A stretch of DNA of 64,000 nucleotides. It comes from Octopus vulgaris. Taxonomy: Eukaryota. This document shows, one piece after another, positions 1 through 11,759 of this stretch. Both the position numbers and the translations under genes were made by a program. Position 1 is the stretch's first letter; the number at the start of each line of letters is the position of its first letter. The DNA lies in NCBI GenBank assembly GCA_951406725.2, contig OX597833.1, positions 60,946,001 to 61,010,000 on the forward strand. The letters run 5' to 3'. Below the pieces are notes generated by a model, which was not told the origin of the DNA, ran no database searches, and worked only from the letters and a program-made list of their open reading frames with translations.

Positions 1-361
1 CTTTTTATAGGTAAGAAGCATGGCTGTGTGGCTCAGAGGTCAACTTTTTAACCACATGGTCTCAGGTTCAGTCCCACTATGCAATATCTTGGGCAAGTAT
101 TTGTTACTCTATAAAAGCTTTATGACCAAAACTTTATGAGTGGACCTGGTTATATTGAAACCAGAAGCTTGTTTTATATATGTGACTTGGGTGTATTCTC
201 CTCTCCTTGTCCTGACATTATTGTAAATGAATATGAACATCACTGCCATTCAAGTGGTGTCTTTTGTTTTCCATCTGTCATGAAATCATGTCCAGTCAGC
301 GTGCTGTTCATGTTTGAAGGATAAGGGGACACATTCTCTGGCTTCAAAACAGGTGGGACTC

Positions 362-571
362 TCTACTCTTTTACTTGTTTCAGTCATTTGACTGCGGCCA
401 TGCTGGAGCACCACCTTTTAGTCGAGCAAATCGACGCCAGGACTTATTCTTTGTAAGCCTAGTACTTATTCTATCGGTCTCTTTTGCCGAACCGCTAAGT
501 TACTGGGACGTAAACGCACCACCACCATCGGTTGTCAAGCGATGTTGGAGGGACAAACACAGGCACACAAA

Positions 572-615
<44 letters not shown>

Positions 616-813
616 CACACATATATACGACAGGCTTTTTTCAGCTTCCGTCTACCAAATCCACTCACAAGGCTTTGGTTGGCCCGAGGCTATAGTATAT
701 TTCTTGGCCCAAGGCTATAGTAGAAGACACTTGCCCAAGGTGCCACACAGTGTGACTGAACCTAGAACCATGTGGTTGGCCAGCAAGCTACCCACCACAC
801 AGCCACCCCTGCG
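362..813 (-). mobile_element. tRNA-derived SINE, family A (CORE-like), near full length
   Basis: Reverse strand has a pol III A-box/B-box-like head (TGGCTGTGTGG...GGTTCAGTC), a CTTGGGCAAGTG core, an internal (TA)/(TG) tract and a 3' tail CAGCATGGCCGCAGTCAAATGACTGAAACAAGTAAAAGAG. Matches copies at 18964, 20744, 53613 and 56694. Confidence 0.9.
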
Positions 814-1901
814 ACTGGTGATGGGAAACAGCATCCCACTGTAGAAATTCTGCCTCCATGAATATCCTCTGACCCATTGAAAAGTGGACATTAGAACATT
901 GATGATGATGATGATTATTCGTGTTATAACACTACTGCTGTTTTCCCAGATCAATCCCGATGTTCCAACCATGCCCATCTCATCAGGTTTCATTTGTATT
1001 TTCATATAGTGTGCCTAAGCACTACTTTGCCTAATATGTCCTGCCATTCTTTTTTTGTTTTTTTAAAGACTATAGATTGTGATTTCAGGATGATTTTAAC
1101 TGCTATTTCTTGCAGGTTAGAGTGACAACATAATGCAGTCTTCATAATCCTTTCTCTCTCTCTAATCTCAGAATCTGTCCTTCAAAGCTCCCTGTGTATT
1201 GCCCACCCCACCATCACCACCACACTGTTATTGTCAGCTGGCTGCTTGTCACTTTCTTCCCCCTCCATATCAACCGTTTCCATCTGGTGTGGATGATGTG
1301 GTCTGCCTTCCCCTCCTCCTTGTTCATGTCATGCTGTGTGTGTGTGTGTGTGTGTGTGAGCATTATTTAGGAATGGCTGTTGTTGATACTAAACACACAA
1401 GCACACACACTTGTATGTTGGTGGGGGAGGGTGGAGTGATCATGTCCAAGACATTGCTCTCTCTCTCTCTCTCTGTGGGTGGGGGAGAGGTCTGGTAGTG
1501 GTGGTGTCAAGGTCCCCACCCTGTTCTACATTCTCTTCATTGCCAATATGTAACAGTTCCTTTTGGCTTGAAAAAAAATGTTATCAGGAGGTGGGGCAGT
1601 TGTCCCCCCCCCCCGGTCCCCACCTACCCCAACAGGGTATCTACAGAGTTTGTGGTGTATGTGTGAGGGAGTCGAACAAGTGTGAATGGCGGTGGGGGTG
1701 GGGGAGGATGTAGTTCAAATGTTAGTAACAGAGTGAAGACAGGTAGTGGTGCTGGTGTTTAACAGGGTGCCATTTCAGGTCTACAACATTAAAACTGTTA
1801 TAAGACGGGCCTCATTGATATGAAAAACAGAACACACGCTAGTCTTGATTTTTCTGGGTTAATTCCCCTCTACCCCAACTGAACAGGTATAGTTTAACAT
1901 T

Positions 1902-2130
1902 AAGGCGGCGAGCTGGCAGAAACGTTAGCATACCGGACAAAGTGCTTAGCGGTATTTCGTCTGCCGTTACGTTCTGAGTTCAAATTCCGGCAAGGTCGAC
2001 TTTGCCTTTCATCCTTTCGGGGTCTATTAAATAAGTACCAGTTATGCACTGAGGTCAATGTAGTCGACTTAATCTGTTTGTCTGTCCTTGTTTATCCCCT
2101 CTGTGTTTAGCCCCTTGTGGGTAGTAAAGA
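1902..2130 (+). mobile_element. tRNA-derived SINE, family B, full length with 20-bp TSD
   Basis: GGCGGCGAGCTGGCAGAA head, GAGTTCAAATTC B-box, GTCGACTTTGCCTTTCATCCTTTCGGGGTC central domain. TSD AACAGGTATAGTTTAACATT at 1882-1901 and 2131-2150. Confidence 0.92.
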
Positions 2131-2399
2131 AACAGGTATAGTTTAACATTTCAAGATTTTAAAATTTGATTTAAAAAAAAAAATTTTTTTGATTATTTAT
2201 GTTTGATATTTTACATATCATTTGTCGTGGGAACTAATTGCATGTCTGCTGGCCTGTCTTTCTTTATACACATAGATATGTACTAGGTTTGGTGTGTAGA
2301 TCCTTCTAGAACTTCTGGTTCTAAAGCTTTTCTTGGTTACTAATTTTGCTGAACCAGGGATGGCCACCTGCTCAACACACTTCAAATTAAACTAATATT

Positions 2400-2597
2400 G
2401 ATTTCAAATTTTGGCACCAGGCCAGCAATTTTCGGAGAGGGGATAAGTCAATTACACTGATCCCAGTATTTGATCAACTCTGAAAGGTTGAAATTTGAAG
2501 ATGACTTTGGAGGAATTTGGACTCAGAACGTAAAAACAGGCAAAAAGCCTCTAAGCATTTTGCTTGGCATGCTAACGATTCTGCCAGCTCCCACCTT
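2400..2597 (-). mobile_element. Older family B SINE with alternative tail (B')
   Basis: Degenerate match to family B head and core. Flanked by AAATTAAAC(T/A)AATATT direct repeats. Confidence 0.75.
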
Positions 2598-3060
2598 AAA
2601 TTAAACAAATATTAAATTTACTTACATAACTAAATGAAACACAAGTACCTCTATGTCAGTATAAATGATACAAGGTTATTAATACTGTACTGTGCAAGAT
2701 ACTATTAAACTAGTTTTGTGACCACAGGAAGTGTGGATTATAAGAGGTTCTGGATCATTAGTGTCCAAGAAGTTAGTGTTGTACTTGTAATTTGAAGCAA
2801 TTAAGTTTTGAGGCCCCTCAATGCTAACATTTACCTCATGAATTGGTTAATGATGGTTAATTTGTTTTTACCATTTTGTATAAAAATCCTGGAAATTACG
2901 TGAATTCATGCTCTTCATTAAAATTCTAACAGTTCAACCACCATTGCTGTTTTCAGGTGTAGTGGATGTCAATGGAGTTCTTTTTGTTTGTATTTTCTCA
3001 TTAGTAAACCATTCTTTTGATTATTTTGTCACTTTTTTACTACTAGAATTCCTTACCAAT

Positions 3061-3450
3061 AGGTGCTGGCATGGCTGTGTGGTTAAAAAGCTCGCTTTGT
3101 AACCATGTCACTTCGAGTTCAGTCCCACTGCGTGGCACCTTAGATAATTGTCGTTTTCTATAGCTCTTGGCTGATTGAAGCCTTGTGAGTGAATTTTGTT
3201 CATGGATCTGCATGGATGCCCATCCTCTGTGTGAGTGTGTGTGGGTGTGTTCATGCTTGTTAGATTTATATCCTTGGCACCACTTGACAACTGGTATTAC
3301 TTTGTCTACATCCCTGTAACTTAGCAGTGTGGCAAAAGAGACAGATAGAATAAGTGCCAGATGGAGACTCCCCCTGCCAAACCCATAGTTAGTAAGGTTG
3401 GATTGGTTGACTCAAAGCTTTCAAGGTTATTCCTGAGCATGGCTACAGTC
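3061..3450 (+). mobile_element. Degenerate family A SINE
   Basis: GGCATGGCTGTGTGGTT head, GAGTTCAGTCCCACTGCGTGGCACCTT, and AACTTAGCAGTGTGGCAAAAGAGAC tail region. Confidence 0.75.
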
Positions 3451-3459
3451 TACCGCCAA

Positions 3460-3667
3460 CATCATCATCATCATCATTTAGCGTCCGCTTTGCATGCTAG
3501 CATGGGTTGGACGGTTCAACTGGGGTCTGTGAAGCCAGAAGGCTGCACCAGGCCCAGTCTGATCTGGCAGTGTTTCTACAGCTGGATGCCCTTCCTAACG
3601 CCAACCACTCCGTGAGTGTAGTGGGTGCTTTTTACGTGCCACCCGCACAGGTGCCAGACGGAGCTGG
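3460..3667 (-). mobile_element. Family C SINE/LINE-tail repeat ending in (GAT)n
   Basis: Reverse strand reads GTTGGCGTTAGGAAGGGCATCCAGCTGTAGAAAC...CCCATGCTAGCATG...(GAT)n. Near-identical to copies at 29679, 39866 and 47420. Confidence 0.85.
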
Positions 3668-4417
3668 TAAAAGATGATAAAAGATGAAAAGGCTTTATGT
3701 TATTCTATTTTCTTTTGTGTGTTTTGTATTGTAATCATCAAGTTGTCACGACTGAAATGTGTTGGTCTGTTTCACCATGTTGAGTCAGGACCCTCTGCCC
3801 CTCCTTTGGCCAGGTACTCCTCAAATGTGCATCTCTACAAATAACATCAATGTAGTCAAGTGGACTTTGTTCTGTATTAGGGTATGGAAGTCTCCAGAAT
3901 ATAAACATCTGATATGACCTTGTGTTCAGCATGGCCATAGTGCATTGAGCATCAATAGTAGAGATGGGTGGAAAATGTCTATAAATTTTTGCCTTGTTCC
4001 TGTATTGACATTGTGAGGTAATTTGAGCTCTAGTACCCATCTCATCAAGTTTGTTGTATGTATAGCTTATCTGTTCTATAAAGTGCTGGAATGGCATTTA
4101 ACTGGTGAGAAAGCATTGTAATTATGTGTCTGATGTTACAATTGGAAACAGAAAGATCGCTGATGACTTTTATGTTTGTGTTATGTCTATTGGAGTGAAC
4201 TTATTTTTTTAAAATGACTTGAGATTCCATTGTTGTTTCACGAATTCGTTTTGTTTTTGTAAAATGTCTTTGACAGATGACAGTTTAATGGAATTTTACA
4301 GACGGATTTATGGCCGACATTTCACATGAATGTAAAACTCATTATTAGCTGTGGCTGAAAAGCTGGCAGTATTCTTATTAAATTCCAAATCTCAAACCCT
4401 TGTTTTGTACCCCTCTT

Positions 4418-4498
4418 CAAGGTACTTAACTCTGTCTTATGCCTTTAATCAAGGTACTCAACTCTGCGTTGTGTTTCTGATCAAGGTACTTAACTCTG
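4418..4498. repeat. Short tandem repeat, 3 x ~31 bp (TCAAGGTACTTAACTCTG core)
   Basis: Core seen three times in succession. Confidence 0.8.
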
Positions 4499-4917
4499 CT
4501 TATTTCAGTTTGCCTGACTGACAAAAGAAGTTCCACTATTTCATGATTGAGTGTTTAGTAATAAAGACATCAGTTCAGCTGTAAAAACACAAACGTTCCA
4601 CTACAAAGATAGTCTGTCCTTCTAATTATGAAGAAATGTTTATTAGTGGGGGTGGGGGTAGAATTTAATTTATAAAAAAATTACTATGTTTGTCTATTTC
4701 TTCACTCTTTGAAATTTTTTTAGAGGGAACTTTGTATTATTAGGAAATATGTGAAGGTGGCTGGTAGATTTGGTAGGGTGTTTGCGAAAATATCTTACTG
4801 CTTTAGTCTGCTTATATTCTGAGGTCAAATCATTCTAGGGTCAACTGTTTTTCTTCTGTTAAGGGACAATAAACCAAGGAGCTATTGAGATTTAGGATTA
4901 ACTAAGTTAACACTTCT

Positions 4918-5150
4918 TATTTCTTTATTGCCCACAAGGGGCTAAACATAGAGGGGACAAACAAGGATAGACAAAGGGATTAAGTCGATTACATCGACCC
5001 CAGTGCATAACTGGTACATATTTAATCGACCCCTAAAGGATGAAAGGCAAAGTCGACTTCGGCGGAATTTGAACTCAGAACGTAACGGCAGATGAAATAC
5101 CGCTAAGCATTTCACCTGGCGCGCTAACGTTTCTTCCAGCTCGCCGCCTT
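4918..5150 (-). mobile_element. Family B SINE, full length
   Basis: Reverse complement of the 1902-2130 element. Confidence 0.9.
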
Positions 5151-5502
5151 CGCTTTTATGAAGGTGGAGGTATTGTTTTCAGTTGTGTTTGTTTGTCCAT
5201 GGACAAGATATCTCATGAACTGCTGGATGGATTCAGACGAAACTTTCAGGGATGTTTGGCCTCATGAACTGATTAGACTTTGGGATTGATCCGGTGCTGG
5301 ACAAGGATTCTGGATTGTCCCCCCCCCCTTTTTTTTTTTATTTAATTTTTGAGAGCAGTTGGTTTCATTTTTAGTATTCTTGTTTGTGAGAGCAGTTGAG
5401 TTTATTTCAGATATTCTCATTTTAAAATTCCTCTCCTGCTAATCATTGAGAGGATGTTGGTGTTGCCTTGGCGGAGGTTTGCGCTCTCTGAGTGCTCTTG
5501 TT
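5145..5502 (+). mobile_element. Non-autonomous Helentron/HINE-like element
   Basis: 5' GGAGGTATTGTTTTC followed by a GTTT/GTCC tract and GGATGGATT...AAACTT. 3' CTTGGCGGAGGT subterminal motif plus terminal hairpin GCGCTC-TCT-GAGTGC followed by TT. Confidence 0.65.
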
Positions 5503-5945
5503 ATTACTGTTATTGAATCAGAAACTGGGGCAGAATCATTTGCATGCTGGACAAAATGGTTGGCAGCATTCTTTCCAGCTCTTTATGTTCTGCATTTGGA
5601 TTCCACTGAGGTCAACCTTAATTTTTATCCTTTCAGGGTCGATTAAATAAATACCAGTTTGAGCACAGCCTGGTGGGGTAGTGTCAATGTAATCAACTAG
5701 CCCCCTTCTGCAAAATATCAGGCCTTGTGCACATAGTAGAAAGGATTATTATTTTGTGCCTGTATCAGATATTTCCAAATAATCCAAACAAGTCTGGGAA
5801 GCCAGGATTGTTGTTTGTGAAACTAGGAAGTTTTTCAAAACCCCATCAAATAATTTTGGTACAATTCACAGAAAATTTCAGACGGCATTTGCCCCAAGAG
5901 CATTTGGTGTTGTGAAAATCATAACAACCATTGAAAATATTTTAA

Positions 5946-6432
5946 CCCTTTAGCATTCAGGTTACTCTGTTAAATGTAACATTTATTTAATTCACATTGT
6001 TTTGAATTTTTATATATTCCTTCTCGAGCCATGCCTGGCTCATAAGGGCCGGTTTCCCAGTTTCAAATGGCATAGAAATTCCCCACCTGGACAGGACGGC
6101 GGTCCGTCGCAGGATTACTCATTTTTGCCAGTTGAGTGGACTGGAGCAACGTGAAAATTAAGTGTTTTGCTCAAGAACACAACGCATCGCCCAGTCCAGG
6201 AATCGAAACCACAACCATACGACCAGGAGTCCAACACCATAACCACTAAGCCACGTGCCTCCACAATTGTTTTGAATTAATTGTGCATTATATAATAACT
6301 TCAAGATTTCAATGCTTTGATTGTGTATTCTTAGAATGACATTGTAGGGTACATGTGAGAGACTGGATCTGACCATTTTCAATGTAAAACAGAATATTTG
6401 GGTTTGATATGGCCAGTTTCAATATTAAAGGG
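5946..6432. mobile_element. piggyBac-type MITE (TTAA TSD, CCCTTTA TIR) interrupted by a SINE
   Basis: TTAA|CCCTTTAG ... TAAAGGG|TTAA. Body homologous to 7285 and 16309 copies. Confidence 0.85.
6009..6265 (-). mobile_element. tRNA-derived SINE family D nested in the MITE, 13-bp TSD
   Basis: Reverse strand has GGAGGCACGTGGCTTAGTGGTT...GGTTTCGATTCC tRNA head. TSD ATTGTTTTGAATT at 5996-6008 and 6266-6278. Confidence 0.88.
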
Positions 6433-7010
6433 TTAAAGTCATTTTTTTCAAATATTTTGATCCAGACATTTCCTTGTTGGTTTGACATAAGATTAATGAT
6501 GAAAGAATAAACCACCTGGTTGTATTTTGCATGTTTTTACTGAAAACCCTTGTGGTAGTAATTACTAAACATACAAATTACTTTAGCATGTTTTCACTAA
6601 AGCCCTTCTGGTAGCAATTAGTGAATATGCAAATTAAGTTTGGCATTCTTCATTCAACATGTGAAACTTGTGTATTTTTATTCAATCTAACCTGCAACAG
6701 ATGTTTGAACATATTGAGATAGAGGAAACCAAAATAGAACATAATGGCTGTCTGTCTGTCTCTGTGTCTCTGTCTGTCTCTGTGTCTCTCTGTCTGTTTT
6801 GTCTTTGTGGCTGGTTGGCTGGCTCTTACTGTATTCCTCTCTCTGTAGTAAAACATACCATGAATTTCATAATGTGTCTATTTATCAGGTCCTCCACTTC
6901 TCTTTGCCACACTGCATGACTATTACTACTAAACCACACTATCAACATTTCACATCACCATTCCATCACACCCACCATCGTTATCTTTACCGTATCTCCA
7001 CAGCATACCA

Positions 7011-7238
7011 ATTTCTTTACTACCCACAAGGGGCTAAACACAGAGGGGACGAACAAGGACAGACAAACAACGAATTAAGTCGATTATATCGACCTCAGTG
7101 CGTAACTGCTACTTAATGTATCGACCCTGAAAGGATGAAAGGCAAAGTCGACCTCGGCGGAATTTGAACTCAGAACGTAACGGCAGATGAAATACGGCTA
7201 CGCATTTCGCCCGGCGTGCTAACGGTTCTGCCAGCTCA
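7011..7238 (-). mobile_element. Family B SINE with 13-bp TSD
   Basis: TSD CCACAGCATACCA at 6998-7010 and 7239-7251. Confidence 0.9.
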
Positions 7239-7284
7239 CCACAGCATACCACCTCTGCTATACCTGTGTTGACACAGTCTTTAA

Positions 7285-7505
7285 CCCTTTAGCGTTCGGA
7301 TTACTCTGTTGAATATAATGCTTGTTTATTCACATTAGCTTATATTAATGATACATTATTTCATAGCTTTGAGATTTTGCTGATGCAGTTGTTTATTTTT
7401 GGAATGACATTGTAGGGTAGGTGTGAGAGATCAGATCTGGCTGGTTTGAACATAAAATGAGTAGAATATCTGGGTCGGATGTGACCGGTTTAAATGTTTA
7501 ATGGC
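7285..7505. mobile_element. piggyBac-type MITE, right end decayed
   Basis: TTAA|CCCTTTAGC start. Body matches the 5946 copy (GAATGACATTGTAGGGTA...). Confidence 0.75.
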
Positions 7506-7584
7506 TTGAATAATGGAGCACCACACTATCATACACAGAGACAAAGAGTTTTCTTAGCTTAATTGTTTGACCATCTTCATTTCA

Positions 7585-7780
7585 TCACCATCATCATCAT
7601 CATCATTTAATGTCCATTTTCCATGCTAGCATGGCTTGGATGATTTGACCAGAGCTGGCAAGCAGGAGAACTGCACCAAGTTCCAGTTTGATTTGACTTG
7701 GTTTCTGTGGCTGGATGCCCTTCCTAACACCAACCATTTCACAGTGTGTGCTGAATGCTTTTTATGTGTTACCAACATGG
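7585..7780 (-). mobile_element. Degenerate family C repeat
   Basis: (CAT)n followed by TTTCCATGCTAGCATGG and GCTGGATGCCCTTCCTAAC. Confidence 0.7.
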
Positions 7781-8177
7781 ATACACTGACATTTAAAACA
7801 CCATTAATCTTGATTTTTGCCACAGATACCCAGACCGCAAAGCTTGGGTTGTGATGCAGTTGATTAATTCATCCCTTACTCCCTTACTTAACTGCTACTT
7901 ATTTTATCAAACCCTGAATGACGAAAGGCAAAGCTGTTTGTGGCAGAATTTGTTCATTTGTGTTACATTTGTTTATCCATGCTTGTTTGAGTTTGATGAA
8001 TATATTACCAGGGCATTGTTTTATAATTGGATGCCCTTTTTGTCATGAACCCATACCTGGTTTTCAAATAAGGGATCTTATTTCGCATGTCTTCAAATAT
8101 ATAAAGCGAGCAAACTAATTGTTGACCAAAGTGACAACAACAGCATTGCTTGTAGCTCACAACTTTTGTAGAACCCA

Positions 8178-8231
<54 letters not shown>

Positions 8232-9424
8232 TTTCAGTTTCCATCTACCAAATTCACTCAGTTTTGATTGTTCTGAGGCTATAATAGAAGACACCTGCTC
8301 AAGCTTTTGTGCAGTGGGATTGAACCTCAAGCCACACTATTAGGGTGCAACCTTTTTAACCACACAGCCATGCCTGTACCAAATTACTGTAGGGGATTTT
8401 ATTTGATGTTCTACAGGTTCTACCATCGACTGCTGTTGGCACCATTAATATCCTACCATTGACTTCTCTCTGATAGCATCATTAATATTCTGACCAAGGG
8501 CGAAACTAGTTTACATATTAATGGCACTAAGAGCAATGTTTGTGTGTGAAGACCACAAAAAGGCTGGTTTCTAAGAACTCTAAGACAATGCTAACCGCAC
8601 TTAGAATCATAATTATGTTTGTTTCAGACTAGAAGTAGGTCAAGTGTGAGCTGTAAGTGTGTCATATAATAAACATATTATATAATGCCTGCTTCCAGTT
8701 GCTCGAACCACTCTGAATCACACGCTACCATTTTATACCATTGTTCACCATAACACTATCAAATTCTCCTGCTTGTAAACCAGACACCAGTCACATGCCC
8801 TCATTTTTCACTGATCTTTTATGTTTTCAGGTCTTTACCCTCAAATTTAGTAGTATTTGTTCTTGGTTCTTCACCCATTACATGTATATATAGACATACC
8901 CATATATACACAGGCATACACATATAGACCTAGTATTATACACACAAGCATACATGTACACATGCATCTAACAATTCATTTGGAGAATTTGTTTTTGATT
9001 TCCTGCTCCCATGTCGAACACACACTTCAATATATTTGATTTGAACTGAATATTTAAACTGTTCACTAATTAAGACAGACACTCTTCATTATGGTGAGTG
9101 TTAGCTGATCTAATTAAACACTCGTTACGTCCATAAACACACTCTCACTTCCTTAGATATACACACATCTTAGTACATATCTGTAAACACACATCTTAAA
9201 ACACTTCCATGAACACATTAATGTAATACATTACCATCTCATACACCTTAACAACAGCCCTTTGCTGTCTGTCTTGGTATAATATATTTCTATCTCAAGT
9301 CCTTTAACTGAATTAGGACAGGAATAAAATGTTAGAGCAAAATTCAATTTCCTGGAAGCAGGGGTCCATTATTTCATACAGTTGCTGGTGTCTTTGAATA
9401 TAATGAAGGAGTTATCAATAAACG

Positions 9425-9800
9425 TGTAATGCAAATTGTAGCACACATGCTACATATCTGGGCCTTGGTATAATGTTGAGTATGTTGGTTACATGTGTGG
9501 GTCATGGTGCAATATGGAGCACAAAGGCTACATGTGAGGCACCTTGGTCCCATGTGGAGTACAGATGCTATATGTGTGGGGCATTGTACAATGTGGAGCA
9601 CACGGGCTACATATGTTGGCCTTGATGTGATGTGGAGTGTGCAGGGCACATGTATGGGTCATGGTGCAATGTAGAACATACAAGCTACATGTGAGGACCT
9701 TGTTGCAACATGGAGCACACAGGCTACATACACTGGCCTTGGTATGATGTGGAGTGTGCAGGATACATGTGTGAGTCATGACATAATGTGGGCTACATGG
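9425..9800. repeat. Degenerate minisatellite, ~38-bp unit
   Basis: Recurring GGCTACATGTGTGGG..TGGTGCAATGTGGAGCACAC-like unit. Explains the ORFs at 9374 and 9528. Confidence 0.75.
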
Positions 9801-11210
9801 TGGGCCGTGCTCCCAACGACTACTAACCCTCTATAAAGAGAGAGCTGAGGTGAGACTCACAATAGTGTACTGGCGCTCCCCACTCAGCCACTCCAACATG
9901 TGGCTCACACACATGCTCTTTTACTGTTTTTGGTCATTAGAGTGTGGCCAATGCTGGAGCATTGCCTTGACGAATATTGTAGTCAAATGACTTGCTCCAC
10001 TACTTTTTTTCTTTCTTTCGAACCTGGTCCTTATTCTATTGGTCTCTTTTGCCAAACTGCTAAGTTACAAGGATAAAAGATAGCTCGTCCCTGTCTGCTT
10101 TTTTGACTGTTATTACTACCATCTCCGCCAGCACCATCACTACTACTTCTACAACAACCACCACAACCATCACCACCACCACTGGCTGGTCTTGTGCTGG
10201 GCCCACTCACTCCTTATTGAAAGTGTCAACTTTCAATGAAAACAGTTATGTCAAGTTTGGTGCAGAAGCTGTTAAAAATGAAATCTGTATTCAACAATGG
10301 GTTCTCCCCCCCCCCTCCGCATCCCGGATCACAGTTGACATTGTGGATTCTGAATAAAGCAATTAATTTATTTAATATATTAAACGTAATTCAATTAAGA
10401 GAACTTGTTATTTGAATGTCAGTCGGGGTTTTTTTTTTTTTTTTTTTCCTTCTTAATATTTCTGTAAACATTATTTTGCGTATTCAATAAAAATGTTTTA
10501 TACTTGATTTCCTCCTTTTTACATATTCCTATGAATGAAATTCTAAACTTACATCATCATCATCATCGTCGTCTATTCATGCTGGTATGTCTTTTGCACT
10601 TGCCTGTTTGACAAGCCTTCTGCCCGCCCTCCTTCCTTCTCTCTCCGTCTCTCCCTCGGTGGGTGTCTTCTCTTGTTCGTGTCAGGTCAGGCTACTTCAC
10701 TTCTCGACGTTCTTTAACCTATAAAACCCTCCTATAAATAGTCACCAAACCACAACATATGTCTGCCCTCAATTGTTTGTTTTTTATCTCGACAAAATAC
10801 TAGTTTTTCTTTTCTTTGTTTTTTTTTGTTTTCGTGTATGTAAATGTCTTCTTTTTTTTATTTCTTTTTTTTTTTTAGTCGTTGTTCTTCGTTCCTTTTT
10901 TCTTTGTTTGTTTTGTCTTGCTTGTTAACCGATTGTATGGATGTGCACCTTGGCAGAAATGTCACGTGTTTTTGTTTTTTAACTCGTTGCTTTTGTAATG
11001 TCAATCTACCTTCTTTTCTTTGTAGACAAGAATTACATACACACACTCGCTCAAACACACACACACACACACCCTATACACGCACTCGCTCAAGCACACA
11101 CACACACCCTATACACACACTCGCTCAAGCATACACACACACACTCGCTCAAGCATACACACACTCGCTCAAGCTTACACACACACACACCCTATATACA
11201 TACAAAAGTT

Positions 11211-11274
<64 letters not shown>

Positions 11275-11329
11275 TCTCTCTTTCCCCATTATACACCCAT
11301 CAGATCTCTGTCTTAACTATATTTTGCCC

Positions 11330-11510
11330 CGTCTGTCGTTACGTTCTGAATTCAAATTCCGCCGAGGTCAACTTTGCCTTTCATCCTTTCGGGGTCGATA
11401 AATAAAGTACCAGTTTCGCACTGGGGTCGATATAATCGACTCAGTCCCTTCGTCTGTCCTTGTTTGTCCCCTCTATGTTTATTTAGCCCCTTGTGGGTAG
11501 TAAAGAAATA
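11330..11510 (+). mobile_element. 5'-truncated family B SINE
   Basis: Starts at CGTCTGTCGTTACG. Flanked by TATATTTTGCCC repeats. Confidence 0.9.
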
Positions 11511-11526
11511 TATATTTTGCCCTATA

Positions 11527-11759
11527 AAGGCGGTGAGCTGGCAGAAACGTTAGCGCGCCGGGCGAAATGCTTAGCGGTATTTCGTCTGTCGTTACGTTCT
11601 GAGTTCAAATTCTGCCGAGGTCGACTTTGCCTTTCATCCTATCGGGGTCGATAAATAAAGTACCAGTTACGCACTGGCGTAGATGTAATCGACTTAATCC
11701 GTTTGTCTATTCTTGTTTGTCCCCTCTGTGTTTAGCCCCTTGTGGGTAGTAAAGAAATA
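11527..11759 (+). mobile_element. Full-length family B SINE with 16-bp TSD
   Basis: TSD TATATTTT(G/A)CCCTATA at 11511-11526 and 11760-11775. Confidence 0.92.

Noticed and set aside
1902-1995. tRNA-like A/B boxes (here and in all SINE heads)
   Set aside because: They continue into SINE bodies with TSDs and do not form complete cloverleaves, so they are not tRNA genes.
3738-4097. 119-aa minus-strand ORF, faint resemblance to a decayed RTE-type LINE C-terminus
   Set aside because: No intact motif recognisable, and it cannot be supported without a search.
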